This document shows, in pieces, positions 27,997 to 30,490 of a DNA stretch of 30,490 bases. Location of the stretch: positions 1 through 30,490 of IMG/VR virus record IMGVR_UViG_3300010268_000007. One strand, written 5' to 3'. The DNA is from a virus. Taxonomy: Duplodnaviria; Caudoviricetes. The position numbers were made by a program, and so were the translations under genes. The notes below the pieces were generated by a model that searched no databases, was not told the origin of the DNA, and saw only the letters and a list, made by a program, of their open reading frames with translations. Positions within the stretch are counted from its first letter, which is position 1. The number at the start of each line of letters is the position of its first letter.

Positions 27997-28728
27997 ATGA
28001 AAAAATTGAGCTGTATTGTTTTTTCTTTGCTGCTGATTGCTTTATTAGCCGCCTGCGGAAAAACAACGACCCCTACGCCTTCGCAAACTCCGGAAAGTAT
28101 GCCAACACCTTCCCCAGAAACTGCTGAACCTCTATCTAACTCGATAGGTAATCTTGAAGATATAAAAGTCACCTATGAAACAGATAATGCGCTAAATCAA
28201 GCAATTGTGACTGTAAAAAACGGCGGACCCTACACATTCACGGGAGATATCCATGTGTATTTCTATGATTCCAATAATAAGCAAGTAGGATATGACATGA
28301 TAATTATCGAAAATTTAAAGGCTGATAATTCAACATATGCCAGGATAAACTTAAGCAAAACACCAGTAGCATCTTTTAATTATCGTTATGCACAAGGTTA
28401 TTCATTCACCGAGGAAGCTCCTGCGAGTGAGGGAACCCTAGATGAAGAACTTTCAGCAGAACTCGCTGAAACGATGAATAAGAACTTTGGAAACGCATAT
28501 GGTAATCCAACATCCTGGTATAAATACATAGATAAAATTGAGGTGTATAATGGTGCAGGATATAATTACGCGATTATTGTTGTAAACTCTACTGACACTG
28601 AAATAGTAGACCGCATCGGAAATATAATTATCGGCAATTACTCTCAGAAGTACAACCAACACTTCAATTTGTCGAGGGTAATTGTCCAAGACAGCTCCGG
28701 GACAGTATTATTCGAAAAGGCTGCATAA
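27997..28728 (+). CDS. Lipoprotein of unknown function in the lysogeny module
   Basis: Signal peptide with LAAC lipobox, Pro/Thr linker, AT-rich DNA. Confidence 0.85.
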   Translation: MKKLSCIVFSLLLIALLAACGKTTTPTPSQTPESMPTPSPETAEPLSNSIGNLEDIKVTYETDNALNQAIVTVKNGGPYTFTGDIHVYFYDSNNKQVGYDMIIIENLKADNSTYARINLSKTPVASFNYRYAQGYSFTEEAPASEGTLDEELSAELAETMNKNFGNAYGNPTSWYKYIDKIEVYNGAGYNYAIIVVNSTDTEIVDRIGNIIIGNYSQKYNQHFNLSRVIVQDSSGTVLFEKAA

Positions 28729-28737
28729 TAACTAGCG

Positions 28738-28754
28738 GTGTCCAATTTGGACAC
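28738..28754. repeat. Dispersed palindrome, copy 4 (GTGTCCAATTTGGACAC), just upstream of the integrase SD
   Basis: Exact match to copies 1 and 3. Confidence 0.9.
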
Positions 28755-28781
28755 AATCCTGGGCAAGGAGGCCTATGCTCT

Positions 28782-30347
28782 TTGTATTGCATATACCTAA
28801 GAAAATCGCGTGCGGACCTTGAGCTTGAAGCAAAAGGCGAACTTGAGACTCTTGCGCGCCATCGGGCCACTCTGCTGGAATATGCAAAAAAGCACGGCCT
28901 TGCCATAGGTGCAATCTATGAGGAGATTGTATCGGGCGAGACCATCGAAGCCCGCCCGGTCGTCCAGCGCCTGCTGAAGGAAGTGGAGCAAGGCGCCTGG
29001 GAGGGCGTGCTCGTCATGGAAATCGAGCGTCTTGCACGTGGAGACACAATCGACCAGGGATTTGTAGCCCGGGCCTTTCAGATTGGCAAAGCCAAAATTG
29101 TTACGCCCATCAAAACTTACGACCCCGAGAATGAGTTTGACGAAGAATACTTCGAGTTCGGTCTATTTATGTCCCGGCGTGAGTACAAGACTATCAACCG
29201 CCGCATCCAGCGCGGCCGTATCGCGTCGGCAAAGGAAGGCAAGTATTTAGGTGCCGAGCCTCCATACGGATACGACAAGGTGCGCATCAAGGGCGACAAG
29301 GGCTATACTCTGAGCCCTAACGAGCAAGAGGCCCCTGCCGTGCGCTATATTTTCGAACGCTATATTTCCGGAGCTGGAATGCCGACAATCGCGCGCGAGC
29401 TCGACGCGATGGGGATTAAGCCACGGCATGGAGCCATCTGGAATAAAGAGACTATCGGCGATATTCTGGAGAATCCTGTTTACATTGGGAAGATACGCTG
29501 GAGCTACAAAGCCGAAAAAAAGTATGTCAAGGACGGCAAGGTTCTGAAGCGCCGGACCGTTAATGATAATCCGATATATGTCGATGGATTGCATCCTCCG
29601 CTTGTCTCCGAGGAACAGTTTAAACTGGCCGCGAAGATACGCGAGCAAAATAGACTGAGAAGCTTCGGCAAAAAGACTCCCGGCAGAACTCTGCAAAATC
29701 CGCTCTCAGGATTGATATACTGCGCTGAATGCGGCCAACTGATGAAGCGTATGGCGCCGTGCAGCCGAAACCCATATGCTTCTATAAGATGCCTCAACCC
29801 CTATTGCAAGAATGTTGCGGCTCCTTTATATCTTGTGGAGTCTAAATTGATTGAGACAGTGTCCGCGTGGCTGCAAAATATCCAGCTTAAGATGCCGGAA
29901 GAAAACACGCTGCAGAGTGAAACTGAAGCCCTCCGGCAGGCTCTTAGGACGGCGGAAAACGAACTGGAAAAGCTGCAGGCTCAGCTGGCCAGGACCTATG
30001 ACCTGCTCGAACAAGGCATCTATACGACCGAGCTCTTCTTAACGCGAAATAAGGAACTCTCGGAGAGAATATCGGCAAGCCAAGCCAAAATCGAGGAGAT
30101 AAAAAAGCAGCTGGACGAAATGGGCTGCAATGAGAAGTTGACCGAACAGCTGCCTAAGATGATAAACGCTCTTAACGCCTACTCGGAGGCCACCACAGCC
30201 GAAGAGAAAAATCTTCTGCTTAAGCAAATAATCGCCCGCGTCGAGTACCGCAAAACGACTCAAAATCACCGCGGGCAGCGAGATAATGCAAACTTTGAGC
30301 TCCACATATTCCCCAGAATAGCAGGTCAGTCCAGGATTGACGCATAA
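28782..30347 (+). CDS. Large serine recombinase (integrase)
   Basis: YLRKS catalytic Ser, ERLARGD, PPYGY, LENPVYIG, zinc ribbon CAECG...C...C, coiled coil. Confidence 0.97.
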   Translation: MYCIYLRKSRADLELEAKGELETLARHRATLLEYAKKHGLAIGAIYEEIVSGETIEARPVVQRLLKEVEQGAWEGVLVMEIERLARGDTIDQGFVARAFQIGKAKIVTPIKTYDPENEFDEEYFEFGLFMSRREYKTINRRIQRGRIASAKEGKYLGAEPPYGYDKVRIKGDKGYTLSPNEQEAPAVRYIFERYISGAGMPTIARELDAMGIKPRHGAIWNKETIGDILENPVYIGKIRWSYKAEKKYVKDGKVLKRRTVNDNPIYVDGLHPPLVSEEQFKLAAKIREQNRLRSFGKKTPGRTLQNPLSGLIYCAECGQLMKRMAPCSRNPYASIRCLNPYCKNVAAPLYLVESKLIETVSAWLQNIQLKMPEENTLQSETEALRQALRTAENELEKLQAQLARTYDLLEQGIYTTELFLTRNKELSERISASQAKIEEIKKQLDEMGCNEKLTEQLPKMINALNAYSEATTAEEKNLLLKQIIARVEYRKTTQNHRGQRDNANFELHIFPRIAGQSRIDA

Positions 30348-30360
30348 AATTACTGTTATC

Positions 30361-30390
30361 TTGCAGGCGCGTATACATACGGTCCCGCAA
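30361..30390. other. Predicted prophage right att site; central dinucleotide AC at 30375-30376
   Basis: TTGCAGGCGCGTAT-AC-ATACGGTCCCGCAA, 11 of 14 positions symmetric; coincides with the onset of host-gene similarity. Confidence 0.75.
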
Positions 30391-30490
30391 TGGCGGTGTC
30401 GCCGATAAACATGGTCGCAAGGGTGCTCGACTACGCGATAACCGCTATTCCGAGCGAGAAAATCCTCATGGGCATGCCGAACTACGGCTA
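30372..30490 (+). pseudogene. 3' fragment of a host GH18 spore glycosidase gene (YaaH/SleL/YdhD-like), interrupted by the prophage
   Basis: Translates YTYGPAMAVSPINMVARVLDYAITAIPSEKILMGMPNYG; the expected upstream MTYEWG is replaced by phage sequence with an in-frame stop at 30345-30347. Confidence 0.85.

Larger units (their letters stand above)
1..30376. mobile_element. Temperate prophage, partial (left end outside window): HK97-type head, Xkd/PBSX-like contractile tail, serine integrase
   Basis: Contiguous tail-head-packaging-replication-immunity-integrase gene order, ending at an att-like inverted repeat followed by a host gene fragment. Confidence 0.97.

Noticed and set aside
1882-28754. 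The 17-bp palindromes as att sites or transposon ends
   Set aside because: The genes that contain them are intact, there are no target duplications or transposase, and they do not resemble the att site at 30361-30390
30220-30420. 66-aa minus-strand ORF as a recombination directionality factor
   Set aside because: It crosses the att junction into host DNA and is antisense to the integrase, with no supporting motif

Overview
Almost the whole window (1 to ~30376) is the right-hand ~30 kb of a temperate prophage, probably from a spore-forming Clostridia-type host. Read on the minus strand from right to left it has early/replication genes (Cro-like, CII-like, initiator with an internal iteron origin, DnaB helicase), a ParA/ParB pair, DUF5131, an HUH endonuclease, HNH plus terminase, an HK97-type head, and a PBSX/Xkd-type contractile tail that runs off the left edge. 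The lysis genes and attL lie outside the window. The plus-strand lysogeny module holds an XRE repressor, an ImmA-like protease, a lipoprotein and a large serine recombinase. Two observations stand out. (1) A 17-bp palindrome, GTGTCC-N5-GGACAC, occurs four times across the prophage, three times inside unrelated structural genes; it is a candidate non-canonical centromere for the phage's own multi-domain ParB. (2) The prophage splits a host YaaH/SleL/YdhD-like GH18 spore glycosidase gene at a symmetric serine-recombinase att site, which suggests a sporulation-linked excision switch. Several RNA-level control elements are also visible. All family assignments come from motif recognition by eye, not from database searches.
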